This document shows, in pieces, positions 1 to 12,493 of a stretch of 64,000 bases of DNA. The notes beneath the pieces are model-generated. The model did no database searches. It worked only from the letters and a program-made list of their open reading frames with translations, and was not told the DNA's origin. The stretch is taken from the NCBI RefSeq assembly GCF_009914755.1, contig NC_060928.1. One strand, given 5' to 3'. This stretch comes from the human T2T-CHM13v2.0 reference genome, Homo sapiens. How positions within the stretch are numbered: the first letter of the stretch is position 1; each line of letters opens with the position of its first letter. The translations under genes and the position numbers were made by a program.

Positions 1-280
1 CAGAGGGGCTTGCTTGTAGGGCATGGAGACAATGCAGTTCAGAGCTCTAACTGTGAGTGCCAGCCAGCTCAGGGAGTTCATAAGGATGCCAGAAAATGAG
101 GTGACAGCATTCTCCAGAAGGTGTGCAGAAGCATTAGAATAAGAGTGGTTGAGATAATCTGAGAAGGTGAACAAGGTTTGTGTTCAACATAGCTTAAAAC
201 CGAAAACACTGGGAAAGTAAGGACATTCCAGGAAGAATAATGATGCATTTCAACACTCAGTAGGTAATATCTGCACCCCC

Positions 281-940
281 AGTTGCAGCATTGTGCACAT
301 CAGCCAACATAGGGAAACTGCCCAAATGCCCACTGGCAAATGAATGGATAAAGAAAATGTAATATATACATGCAATGGAATATTAATCAGCCTTTAAAAT
401 AAAGAAGGAAATTCTACCATTTCTGACAACATGAATGAACCTGGAGGAAGTTATGCAAAGTGAAATAAGCCAGACACAGAAGGACAAATACTGCATGATT
501 CCACTTATATGTAGTATCTAAAATTGTCAGGCTCATAGAAGCAGGAAATAGAATGGTAGTTGCCAGGGGCTGGAAAGAAGGGGAAATGGCGAATTGTTGC
601 TCAGTGGGTATAAAGTTTCAGTTATCCAAGATGAATAAGTCCTAGAGATCTGCTGTACAATATAATTTAGCCTATAGTTCATCGTACGGTATTTTGCACT
701 TTAAAGGATGTTAAGAGGATAGAGCTCATGTTAAATGTTCTTATCACAAAAAAATGAAATAACAGTAACAACAAAATTTATAAAAGAACACAAGGAAATG
801 TTTGTAGGTAATGGATATGTTTAGTACCTTGATGATGGCAATGGTATCACAGGTGTATGAATATGTCCAAATCCATCAAAATGTATACATTAACTATGTA
901 AAATTTTTGTATATCAATTGTACCTCAATAAAGCTTTAAT
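281..940 (+). mobile_element. L1M (L1MA/MB-type) 3' end fragment
   Basis: L1 3' motifs GAATGGATAAAGAAAATGT, ATGGAATATTA..CAGCC, GAACCTGGAGGA..ATGC.AAGTGAAATAAGCCAG; ends TACCTCAATAAAGC. Confidence 0.85.
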
Positions 941-1019
941 AAAATACTCGATGAAAGGAAATAGTGTGGTTTTTTCTGCAGTGTAAAGAGTAACTTGTGG
1001 ACGGTGTGCGGAGGCATTC

Positions 1020-1135
1020 TAGAGTAGGATGGGAGCAAGCTCATCTCATTTCACTATGGCAGCCCTGTTACACTACTGACTTACAAAAAACTTAGAGTCA
1101 ACTAAAACCCCCTACATTGTCTTTTTCACACATTC
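1020..1135 (-). mobile_element. L3/CR1 short relic
   Basis: GGCAGCC..CACTACTGACTTAC..GAGTCAACTAAAACCCC..TCTTTTTCACA resembles the reverse complement of the L3 consensus as I recall it. Confidence 0.5.
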
Positions 1136-2056
1136 AGACCAGATTAGCACTCAGGTGTCCTGATTCCTGATTCTCAGCCACCACACTGCATGCCCACTAG
1201 AAAATATCCTTCTCATGAGAGCGGGGTCTTAGGGAAAATATGGAGTACAGACAAGGCTTGAAGAAAGTAAAACTGCTTATTTCTTTCAAATAATGCAGTC
1301 TACATATTTCACAGAACTAATATTGACAGAATTCACAGAGTTTAGGGAAAAGCAAGAGCCAGCGCACACGTGATTTCTTCCAGCCATTTCAAAGCTCACA
1401 ATTTCTCTGCCATTGGTAACCTACCATGGAGAATTCATTTCATGCCTGTCTACTCTGGTAAAACCTTGGAATGAATTGAATTGTTACAAAAAGGTGAAAA
1501 TTAAGAATGCCAAGAGTCATTTGCTGCAGCTAATTAAGAGTCGTCATCTCTGCAGTTTTGCACGTGTTCCTGACTTGCTTTACTCGTACTTTCTGAAGTT
1601 TTATCTGATAAAAGAATTGTGAGAAACCCCTTCGTCTGTTGCCAGAGAGAAGGTCTTATCTCTTTACGCTGAGGCATTGGAGAAAAATATTCACTTTCAA
1701 GCGATCTTTCTACTATTGGAATTATTTTGATCAAACTAAAAACCTCTGAGCCAAAATGTAGTTCAATTATGTGCTGGGTGTAGGAGATGGGGAAATGAAA
1801 GAAATGAAACTGTCCCCTCCAATGACTTGTACTGCATTTAGATGAAAATCCGAGCCCCTTTACCTGGGTTGGCAATGCCGTAACCCTCTGACCTCACCTT
1901 CATTTATGTTCCCATCACTGCCAGCACCACCACAGCAACCTCTTCTCTTCCTCAAACACATCATGCTTGTTCCCATCTCAGGCCTCTGGACTTGCTGCCC
2001 CTACTGCCTATGGTACTCTTCCTCCAATCCCTTGGCATACCTTGCCTCCCTCTTGA

Positions 2057-2373
<317 letters not shown>

Positions 2374-2412
2374 TCCCCCTTGACTTTCACATATCAGCTT
2401 GAAAGCCCCACA

Positions 2413-2990
2413 TGTATCAGTTAGGATGCTTTCAGCAAAAGGTAACAAAGAAGACCCAACCAGAAATAGCAAAAAAATAAATAAATAAATAAAAAGGCTT
2501 CAGCAATGCACACATATAACATAGAGAGGCAGGGTAGTTCTGAGGGTTGGATGATTCAGCAGTAGGACTCCATCAAAGCCTCAGGTCCTTCCCAGCTTTC
2601 CACTCTGCCATCTTCAGCAGATCAGCAATGCTCCCTTCATGGTCACAACGTGACCACAACTGCTCCTGACTTCACATGAGGACACAATGGTGATCAGTGA
2701 AAAAAACAGGCACCTCCTTTCACGCAGCTCTTTCTGTTAGCAGGAAAAGCATTTACCAGAGGTCCTCCAATCAGTAACCCTCTGATTCCATTGACCAGTA
2801 ACTGATGTACCTAAACTGATCACTGGCAAGAAGACCACCATGATTGATGTTGGTGAGGGATCTGGGCAAGGGTCACATTCCCTAAGGTGACCAGAGGGTA
2901 AGAAATTTGAGGCCATGCCAAGCCAGTACAAGGAGTGAGGCCAGGGTTGGGGCAGGAATGGCTACTAAAAACAAGCAGAAGCAACAACTA
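2413..2990 (-). mobile_element. MaLR solo LTR (MLT1J/K-like)
   Basis: Starts TGTATCAGTTAGGATGCTTTCAGC; contains CCACTCTGCCATCTTCAGC and CATTGACCAG. Confidence 0.6.
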
Positions 2991-4797
2991 CAATATCCAA
3001 TTCAAAATTGCCCCAGTCACTCTCTTCCATAATGTATGTTTACATCTCTGCAAAGAACTGAGTTTAGCCTCCTATTTCCCTTGCTTATTTATTTGTTCAT
3101 TGTCTGATACCCCAATGCAAATGTAAACTCCATAAGGGCAAGGACCCTATCCATTGCTTCACCAGGGCATTCCCCAGCACCAGAATAGTACCTGGCACAT
3201 AGTAGCACATAGTGAATATTTTTGGGTAAATGCATGCAGGACTCTGCCTACATATATGCCCATTCTGACACTGAACCCTTTGTGGTAGCCTGTTATTGAA
3301 CTTAAAAAGCAGGAAAATTCACCAAACTAAGCCATGACTTCAATGACCATAGCCTTGGGAGAAGGCCACTGAGTTCATGAACACTCATGATTTCAGAAAA
3401 CGTTTTATGTAACGTTTATGTAATGCATAAACGCTTATGCATTATGTAACACAAAACATAATGCAATACTTTTCCCCAGGTTGTTCTCCTTCTCCAGTGT
3501 TTCTGATTCCATGATTACACCATTACCCACCCAGTTGACCAAGACAGAACCTCAGATATTTTCTTCACTCCTCTCTCTTCCTTACCCACCCCACATCCAA
3601 CAGTCAAGTTTTGAAGAATTCAAAAATCTGTCTTCTCCTCTTGATTTTGACATTAGTATTTAGTTAGGTTGTGTTCAATAAACTATTATCTTTGTCAACT
3701 CCAATATTCTATGATACTTTGACGTATATGTCCTTATTTTCCAGGACCCCACATTAAAACACAGCTATCAGAAAAGGTTCAAATTCACTATTATTTTGTG
3801 TTACCAACATACATATCAAGAATATTTCTCCTTTTTCCTTCCTCAGCAAAGTTACATTTGAGAGGAAAGGGAGGGAGAAAAGGCACTTTAAGTTGTTACT
3901 TTAAATGGTCATTTCTTAACAGTGGAAGAAACACTAGAGCACTCAGGATTTTTAGTTTGGTACTCAGCCAGTTGTGCAGAGTCCAATCTTGTAAAAAACC
4001 ATCAATATATAAAATAAATGAAATAAAGATAGTCCAACATCTTTTATAATTCTGGGATGTTAGCCATGGAGAACTTTTTGCTTTCGAACACATATCATAA
4101 TTGTTGAGATGACATTAAAGAAAATTTATAGACAACATGTGACGCTTCCTTCCTCCCCCAATCAGAAAAGTCCATCTCTCCTCTGAATTCCCAGAGTCCT
4201 TTATATGATACATTTATTCTCATCCTTTCTAACATGTGTTATTTCTGATCTTATTATATCTCCACTACTCACCTATGAGCTCACTGAAGGCAAAACCTAA
4301 GTGTATTAGGAAGTCTTAACGCATTGGGGTCGTATACGTGAAACGATCATTGTCTTTTCCAATGACTGCTTTCAACCATTCTCTGTTGAATCCCTCTCTT
4401 CAATCTCTTGATGACACTTAGGCATAATACATAACTTCATGGCTACCTTGAGGTATTAAAAGTCCCTTTTATTTTAAAACTTCAATTTTATCTGTGATAC
4501 GAACTTAACCACTTCTGCCTTGTGGGCTGGACACATAGTTTGGGAAAATCTGAATGGGAGGGTGTTAGGTCTAATTTTTCACTTCCTCCTCCCCCTTCAG
4601 GATAGGCTCTTTGCCTGTCGATAGTTGGGCATGGAGAGGATGGATCAGGGAGAAGGGAATTCTCCTTACATTTGCTGCCATGAACCGCTGAGGCCCTCCC
4701 TGTGTGGTGGGCATCTGAACACTGCCTCTCCTGTGTGGCTTCCTCCAGGGCCCTGTGCAGTCTTCCCAAAGCACAGATGCCTTCCTTGGGAAATCTT

Positions 4798-5327
4798 TTT
4801 CTTTTTTTTTTTTTTATTTTATTATTATTATACTTTAAGTTTTAGGGTACATGGGCACAATGTGCAGGTTTGTTACATATGTATACATGTGCCATGTTGG
4901 TGTGCTGCACCCACTAACTCGTCATTTAGCATTAGGTATATCTCCCAATGCCATCCCCCCTCCCCCCACCCCCACAACAGTCTCCGGAGTGTGATGTTCC
5001 CCTTCCTGTGTCCATGTGTTCTCACTGTTCAATTCCCACCTATGAGTGAGAACAAGCAGTGTTTGGTTTTTTGTCCTTGCGATAGTTTGCTGCGAATGAT
5101 GGTTTCCAGTTTCATCCATGTCCCTACAAAGGACATGAACTCATCATTTTTTATGGCTGCATAGTATTCCATGGTGTATATGTGCCACATTTTCTTAATC
5201 CAGTCTATCATTGTTGACTGTAAACTAGTTCAACCATTGTGGAAGTCAGTGTGGCGATTCCTCAGGGATCTAGAACTAGAAATACCATTTGACCCAGCCA
5301 TCCCATTACTGGGTATATACCCAAAGG
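4798..5327 (-). mobile_element. L1PA 3' end with 5' inversion (twin priming)
   Basis: 4798-5216 is the L1PA 3' UTR on the minus strand (TATACTTTAAGTTTTAGGGTACATG); 5217-5327 is upstream ORF2 on the plus strand (ACTGTAAACTAGTTCAACCATTGTGG); TSD GGGAAATCTT at 4788-4797 and 5326-5335. Confidence 0.93.
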
Positions 5328-5889
5328 GAAATCTTAATTGACCTCTGCAGTCTCTCATTTGGCTCCCATGGGTGTTGCAGTTTCCCCAGCTAGTAAACAG
5401 CCTGAATTGACCCTGTGACATACTCTTAACCTCTAGAAAAATCATGGTTTCTGACATGCCAAGTGATGAGAGTGCTGACTGCCTGATTGCCAGCCTTTTC
5501 TAGGCTTTGCCAACTCACTGTCATTCACTTTTTCTACTCAAGAGGCAGATCTTCTACCTAAATACAGATGTAACTAATGGCTAAGATGATCATCACTCTT
5601 CCTGTGACTGGCTCCAATCTTCCAGGGGTTCTCTGATCATCCCTATCACTTGACTTTGAGGGGAGAAGGGATAAGGTAATCACTTTTCACCTGAACATTT
5701 CCCATCAGCACACCAACCCCAAAGGATCTCTCTTGTCTTCCTCCTTGGTCCTCTCCTTTATAGAATGAGTGAGGGGGCAAGGAATGATGATGGCAAGGCT
5801 CTCTCTTGCTCCCTTTGGGGAATGTTGACTGCTCATGTTAGATGGCAGCTCACAGATTAAGAGGCTTCTCTGCCTCCCACTCTGGACTT

Positions 5890-6450
5890 CAGTATCTTAT
5901 TCTGCAGCCACAGAAAAAATTACTATGAACATAGAGCTTAAAACATCATCCACTCATCATCTCAGTTTCCAGGGATCAGGAGTCCAGGCCTGACTCAGCA
6001 TGGTCCTACTCAGGGTCTCCCAAGACTGTAATCAAGGGGTCATCTGAGCCAATTTCCTATCTGGAGGCTTGACTGAGAAGAATTCACTTCCAAGCCCACT
6101 CATGGTTGTTGGCAGAATTCATTTCCTTGCAGATGCATGGCTGAGGCCCATGTTTTTTTGTTTGCTGTCAGCCAGCGATCACTCTTAGTTCTAAAGCCAC
6201 CCTCAGTTCCTTGCCATGTGGCCCCGTCCATAGGCCCTCCTACAAATTGGCAGATCACTTCTTCAAAGCCAGCAGGTTTATCTCTCACTCCTGTCTGCTA
6301 GGGCAGAGTCCAGTGTAATGTAGCACAACAATGGGAGTGACTGTCATATCTCCTTTGTCATATTCTATGGTCTAGAAGCTAGTCACAGGCTCCAACCACA
6401 CTCAAGGGGAGGTATGACTCATTGGGGGCAACCTTAGAGTGTGTCCACCA
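5890..6450 (-). mobile_element. MaLR solo LTR (MLT1E/F-like)
   Basis: GGTTGTTGGCAGAATTCATTTCCTTGCAG, CCTTGCCATGTGGCCCC, CACACTCAAGGGGAGG. Confidence 0.75.
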
Positions 6451-6577
6451 CACACGGTTTCTTTCCTTTCTCCCTCCCTCCCTTCTTTCTTTACTTCCTT
6501 TCTTCCACATGTAGATGGTCTGCTATGTGCAAATCATATTACCTTAAGTCAAACAAAAATGATTAAAGCAAGCCCCT

Positions 6578-6944
6578 TGTCTTGGCGCAGGCTGCTACAA
6601 CAGACTATCATACCCTGGGTGGCTTAAACAACAGACATTTATTTCTCACAGTTCTGGAGGCCAGAAATTGAGGTCAGGATGCCTACATGGTCAGGTTCAG
6701 GTGAGGACTCTCTCTAGTGTTCAGACAGCCGTCTTCTCAGTGTATCCTCACATGATAGAGAACAAAGCAGAGAGAATCATTAACCTCTCCTGTTTTTCTT
6801 CTAAGGGCACTAATCCCATTCACGAAGTCTCCACTCTTGTGACCTAATTATTTCCCAAAGGCCCCACCTCCTGGTACCATTGCATTCGGTGTTGGGATTT
6901 CAACATATGAATTTGGGGGAGACACAAAAATTCAGTCCATAGCA
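6578..6944 (-). mobile_element. MaLR solo LTR (MLT1A-like)
   Basis: GGGTGGCTTAAACAACAGACATTTATTTCTCACAGTTCTGGAGG ... ATTTCAACATATGAATTTGGGGGAGACACA..TTCAGTCCATAGCA. Confidence 0.85.
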
Positions 6945-7533
6945 CCCCTATGTTTCAAAAGCTCATACACTAGTGGAAGAGACAGTCCTGTAAACAGCTA
7001 CAGTATAGCTTGTAATCAACAATGGCCTATAGTCATGTACAAGCCCCAGCCCAGGACCAGGAGCCCTAATTTTCCACGACAAAGGCAGGAAAATTCATGG
7101 AGGAGGTGCCATTTGATAGGCTTTTGAAAGAGGAGTGGAAGCCCCACATGTTTCCACAGTGCTTTACCTGTGTCAGGCATTCAGCAAATGTGTGTGTAAT
7201 AAAAAGCTCAAGAATGTGATCGAAGAACTAATTTTACAAATGAGCAGAGTAAAGCCTTGGGGAAAACACCTGACATCACAGCAATTTCAACATAATAATT
7301 AGTGCATGGTCACATGTTGAGTGGCCAAGAACTTGAAATTCTTCAAAAATCAATCACTTCATTCCGTACCTAAGAAGCAGCTGAGATGACCAAAAAGGAC
7401 AGGACAGGAGAATGCAGTCTCAGAGCCAAGAAAAGGTGAGTGGAAGGACCAGAGTTCACTGCAACAGATTGGAGAAGAAAGAAGACAGAGCTGTCTGATG
7501 GCTGCACTCAGACAGGTGGTTCTGGACCAGTGA

Positions 7534-7866
<333 letters not shown>

Positions 7867-8177
7867 ACTTCTAAAGTTTCTACTTTCAGACAACCTGCCT
7901 TTTCACACATCACATACCAACACCATAAAGTGACTTTCGTATACCCAGGAAAGACTTTCTTCTATGAGCTGACAAATGAACATTTTGAACTATTTAATAG
8001 TAGTACCCATCAAGTTCCTTTCTGACAGTGTTATCACCTTGGGCTGTATAATAGTGTTCAATGCAGAATATGAATATATTACTGGAAGGGTCTTTAAACA
8101 GGGTTCTGGGGGTCCCAGAGAGATGCCTCTAAGACCTTCGTATTCCTGTCTCAATTTTAATCCAAGTTGGTCTACTT

Positions 8178-8712
8178 ATTTTATTATTTGTATAAATTTA
8201 AGGGGTACAGGTGCAATTTTGTTATGTGAATATATTGCATAATGGTGAAATCTGGACTTTCAGTGTAACCATCACCTGAATCATGTACACTGTGCCCATT
8301 AAATTTCTCATCCTTCACCTATCCCACCCTTCTACACTTCTGAGTCTCTAATGTCTATTATTCCACACTTTATGTCCATGTATACACATTATTTAGCTCT
8401 CACTTATAAGTGAGAACATGTGGCATTTGGTTTTCTGTTCCTGCATTAAATTATTTAGAATAATGGCCTCTAGCTGCATCCATGTTGCTGCAAAGAAAAT
8501 AATTTCATTCTTTTTATGGCTGAGTAATATTCCATGGTGTGTGAGTATCTATACACCATATTTTCTTTATCTAATCCTCCATCGATGGACACTTGTATTC
8601 CATATCTTTGCTATTGTGAATAGCTCTGCAAGAAACATACAAATGCAGGTATCTTTTTGATATAATGATTTCCTTTGGGTAGATGCCCAGTATTGGGATT
8701 GTTGAATTGAAT
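8178..8712 (-). mobile_element. L1 (L1PB/L1MA) 3' end
   Basis: TATAAATTTAAGGGGTACAGGTGCAATTTTGTTA, CACTTATAAGTGAGAACATG, TTCATTCTTTTTATGGCTGAGTA. Confidence 0.9.
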
Positions 8713-8931
8713 CAGCTTGCCCTATTTCCATGTTTTACGTATCAGCATCCCGGTAAGATTCTATTTGGGAAGAACATCACTGTTTAATTTTTTAACCCAC
8801 TGTTTTATTATATTTTACCTTTTATTTTATAAAAATGAGAAATTTTTAAAAATAGTCTGGACACATGTGATAGGAAGCTAGGTATAAACATGTTACAATC
8901 AAAATTAAGATACAAATCTTTAAGCACACTT

Positions 8932-9237
<306 letters not shown>

Positions 9238-10327
9238 TTAAGCACACTCAAAGCAGCAAAGCTTTGTTTCAATTCAATGTTTAATGAACTTAGCATGGGT
9301 CAACCACACATGTGATTAACTGTCAAGGACAAAAAACAGAAGATAAACATGTACAAAATATCACTAATTATATATGATTGAAAATTGTGACCAAAAATGA
9401 AGAAGTAATTGTAGGGATTTTCTAGTATTTTAAGCTTTCTGGAATGAAGCCCCCATCATCCCATGAATATCTGCATCTTTCACACATTTGAGGTTAGCAC
9501 ATACATATTTTTTGGAATGTGTATGTATAAAAACAGGAGAACGCCTTCAAAAATGTTTTCATTAAATAAGGTCATGAGCTAATGACTTCCCCCAGGTAGT
9601 GCATCTTTAATATCTTATTCTCAGTGTACACAGTATACAACATACCCTTTATTTGAGTTTCATTTTCACGATCTCTGTCCATCTCACCTAGATTTAACTC
9701 TACTCTAATTTTGCTTTCTTTTGTTCCTAATTCTAGCCTTTGCTTTCACTAGGGCTTCTAATCAGTTTGCTCTCATAACAAACCAACAGAAGAAGCTTAA
9801 GAAAATCACAGCAAACATTTCTTAGCCTGATCCTGCTCTCTTTCCTGCCCCCTTCATTTTAGAAAATTTGAAGCTTAGAGAGCTTCTGATAACCACAATA
9901 ACAAGCCAGAACAAGGCACAGCAGGGCCTTGTTATTAGGACATAAATATAATGGAGATCCACTTTGCCTTGGCAGTGACAAAAACGAATATTAAAGCAAA
10001 TAAAATCGCCATGCAAAAGACCAATTTACCCTTTAGAACATCACTAGAATGAGAAATTTAAGAAGCCCTAATGGGCAAATATTTTGATGGACAGTGTCTT
10101 AAACCTACTCTTGTAGATTTTTACTGTCTTGCTAGCTACTATCTTGTTGCATTTTTTGTTTGTTTTCTGAATCAATAGATAGCCTTTGTCTAATACCTAT
10201 CATGAGCAATACACTGTCTTAAGTTCCATGGAAGATAAACAATTGAGCTTACCTATGAATTTTTAGCTTACCAGGGAAACTAATTCATGTATTCCAACAA
10301 AAAAGAAAAACATACAAGTGCTTGAAG

Positions 10328-10399
10328 AGAGAAAATCTTGCAAAAAGGTTTTGCATGACTGGTCAATGCCATGCAAAACCTTTTTGCAAGGTTTTCTCT
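10328..10399. repeat. Inverted repeat: 30-bp arms, 12-nt loop
   Basis: AGAGAAAATCTTGCAAAAAGGTTTTGCATG (10328-10357) versus CATGCAAAACCTTTTTGCAAGGTTTTCTCT (10370-10399); 29/30 complementary. Confidence 0.97.
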
Positions 10400-10405
10400 T
10401 GCAAA

Positions 10406-10624
10406 ATGACTGGTCAATGCCACGCCAACCAGTTACTAAATACTTGTAAAATCACTTGTGGAATTCATACTATAATGCTGTCTGGCTAAGAGATGAGGAA
10501 ACTGAAGCTAAGAGAGGTGAGGTGACATATCCAAGGTCACAGGGCTGAAGCAGCACCAGCAAGATTCTAGCCCATCCCCTCAATTCACCCCAAACTTCTC
10601 TGAGGCTCGGGTCTACTGCAAAGG
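10406..10624 (+). repeat. Dispersed direct duplicate of 12631-12843
   Basis: Manual alignment gives about 22 substitutions and one 6-bp indel over about 213 bp (about 90% identity). Confidence 0.95.
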
Positions 10625-10707
10625 TTTTCAAGGTTTTTAGGAAAAGGTAGCATTTGAGCTGCTTTTGAAGGCTGGGTATGATTTAGACATGCAAAGATGA
10701 AGACAAT

Positions 10708-11058
10708 TGTCTTAGTCTGTTTGGGCTGCTCTAACAAGATACCATAGATTGAGTGGCTTAAACAACAAAAAAATTATTTCTCAAAGCTCTGGCGGCTGAG
10801 AATTCCAAGATCAAAGTGCTGGCACATTTGATCTGGTGAGGGCCCACTTCCTGGTTCATCTTTTCACTGCATCCTCACAAGGTGGAAGGGGCAAGGAAGT
10901 TCTCTGGAGTCTCTTTTATGAGGACGTGAATCTTATTCAAGAGGGTGGAATTCAGTCCAACTCCCAAAGGCTTCTCCTCCAAATATTATCACATTGCAGA
11001 TTTAGGTTGCAACATATGAATTTGGGGCAGGGAGACAAACATTTAGTCTATTTCAGCA
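10708..11058 (-). mobile_element. MaLR solo LTR (MLT1A0-like)
   Basis: TGTCTTAGTCTGTTTGGGCTGCT.TAACAAGATACCATAGA..TGGCTTAAACAACA ... CAACATATGAATTTGGGG. Confidence 0.85.
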
Positions 11059-12039
11059 TTCCTGGTAAGGGAACTCATGAATAACCATACCAAAATGATA
11101 AAGCATAAAATTGTTCAGAAACTAAAACCTGTATCTTGAGCTGTAGATACCCAAAAACTCAGTTTCAAATCCTAACTGAATATGCCAGTTCAAACTTCGT
11201 GGAAGACACAAAGACACTCTTTTCTCTGGGAGGATGCTGAAACATGATATGGAGATATAGACATTACTTTGGTACATTGAGGCAGCACCTTTTCCCCTGC
11301 ACTGCCCCATTCTTTTCTCCCTTCCACCACCCATTTCATATTATGTCTATGCTCAGTTACTCAGATGTATTACAGATACTCAGTTATTCAGTATGCTCAG
11401 TTACTCAGATATATTCAGCCACCTGCTCCAGGGCACATACGTTTCAGAGCCTGGATTTAAACTGCAATCTCGCTCATTTCAGTGTCCCCACTCAGCCAAG
11501 ATCAGCTGCCTACACCCCTTTGCCTCCTCCACTAGAATCTGTCTCCTCTAGTTTTAACCATCCTGGGAGCCCAGCACACACGCAGCCCACCCACACCTTG
11601 CTAGGCAACCAGCAACATTGGAAAAAAGAAGCACAAGCTTAATTCCACCAAATTGACCTCTGTTCTTGTCACTTCTCAGCGCCATTTTAAGTAACAAACA
11701 AATTCATAGCCACCATAGGCATTGTCTGGGTCTATGCCTGTCACCGGTGTCAATTTATAATAATGCATAGAAGATGCCAACTGAATGCCCAATGTCTTAG
11801 GCGCAATAAACTAAAGAGAGAAAGAAAGACATTTAATATCACAATGATTTATTTTACTATGACACATCAAGGTATTTTCAAGCTCCATTTGGGAAATATC
11901 TTCCCAGCCATGGTGAGGAGGAGAAAATGAAGACCCCAGTCAGATCAGAGCCCCTTGCAAATGAGCAGCAAGCTACTCCAGAGTGAGGAAAGTCACCTAT
12001 GAATACATGTGGCCCCATGAAGACTGGGCCCTTCCTGGG

Positions 12040-12215
12040 CATCCTTAACCTGCTCTTTACAACAGCTCTGCAGGAAGGTTGTATTTATCTTGTTTACAAG
12101 TGAGGACTTACAGCTCAAAGAGGTTGAGTAAGTGTCTGAAGTCACATCACAAATTAGTAGCCAAGCAGTAAGCCAACATTCAAACCCGGACCTATCAGAC
12201 TGTAAGTCTTAACTT
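12040..12215 (-). mobile_element. MIR
   Basis: TTTACAAGTGAGGACTTACAGCTCAAAGAGGTTGAGTAAGTG.CTGAAGTCACA..ATTCAAACCCGG. Confidence 0.7.
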
Positions 12216-12388
12216 TTGTGCCTATGTGGGGCTTCCCCCAAGTACCAGTCTCCCCTGGGGGGGTTCAGAGGTAGAATTCTCACTTGCTGAGTGCTAACCT
12301 ATCCCACATTATCTCTCCCTTCTGACTCCTACTTTTTAAAGTTTGCCCTTGTTCCATCCTAAACTCTCCCACATCTCCAATCACTATT

Positions 12389-12493
12389 GACTGCAATGAC
12401 CACACTGTGGTGTCACTGCCTGCCTCCTCCATCAAACTCTAAACCTCTCTAGAAGTACCGTGCACTGAGTCTCATTAGCAACTGCCTCCTTTG
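12389..12493 (+). repeat. Dispersed direct duplicate of 13854-13958
   Basis: 105 bp, 4 mismatches (all transitions), no indels. Confidence 0.97.

Noticed and set aside
4625-5457. ORFs of 179, 65, 60 and 75 aa
   Set aside because: Sense and antisense translations of the L1PA 3' end
11244-11642. 132-aa ORF
   Set aside because: No homology I recognise, no splice or promoter context, and it includes a low-complexity repeat patch
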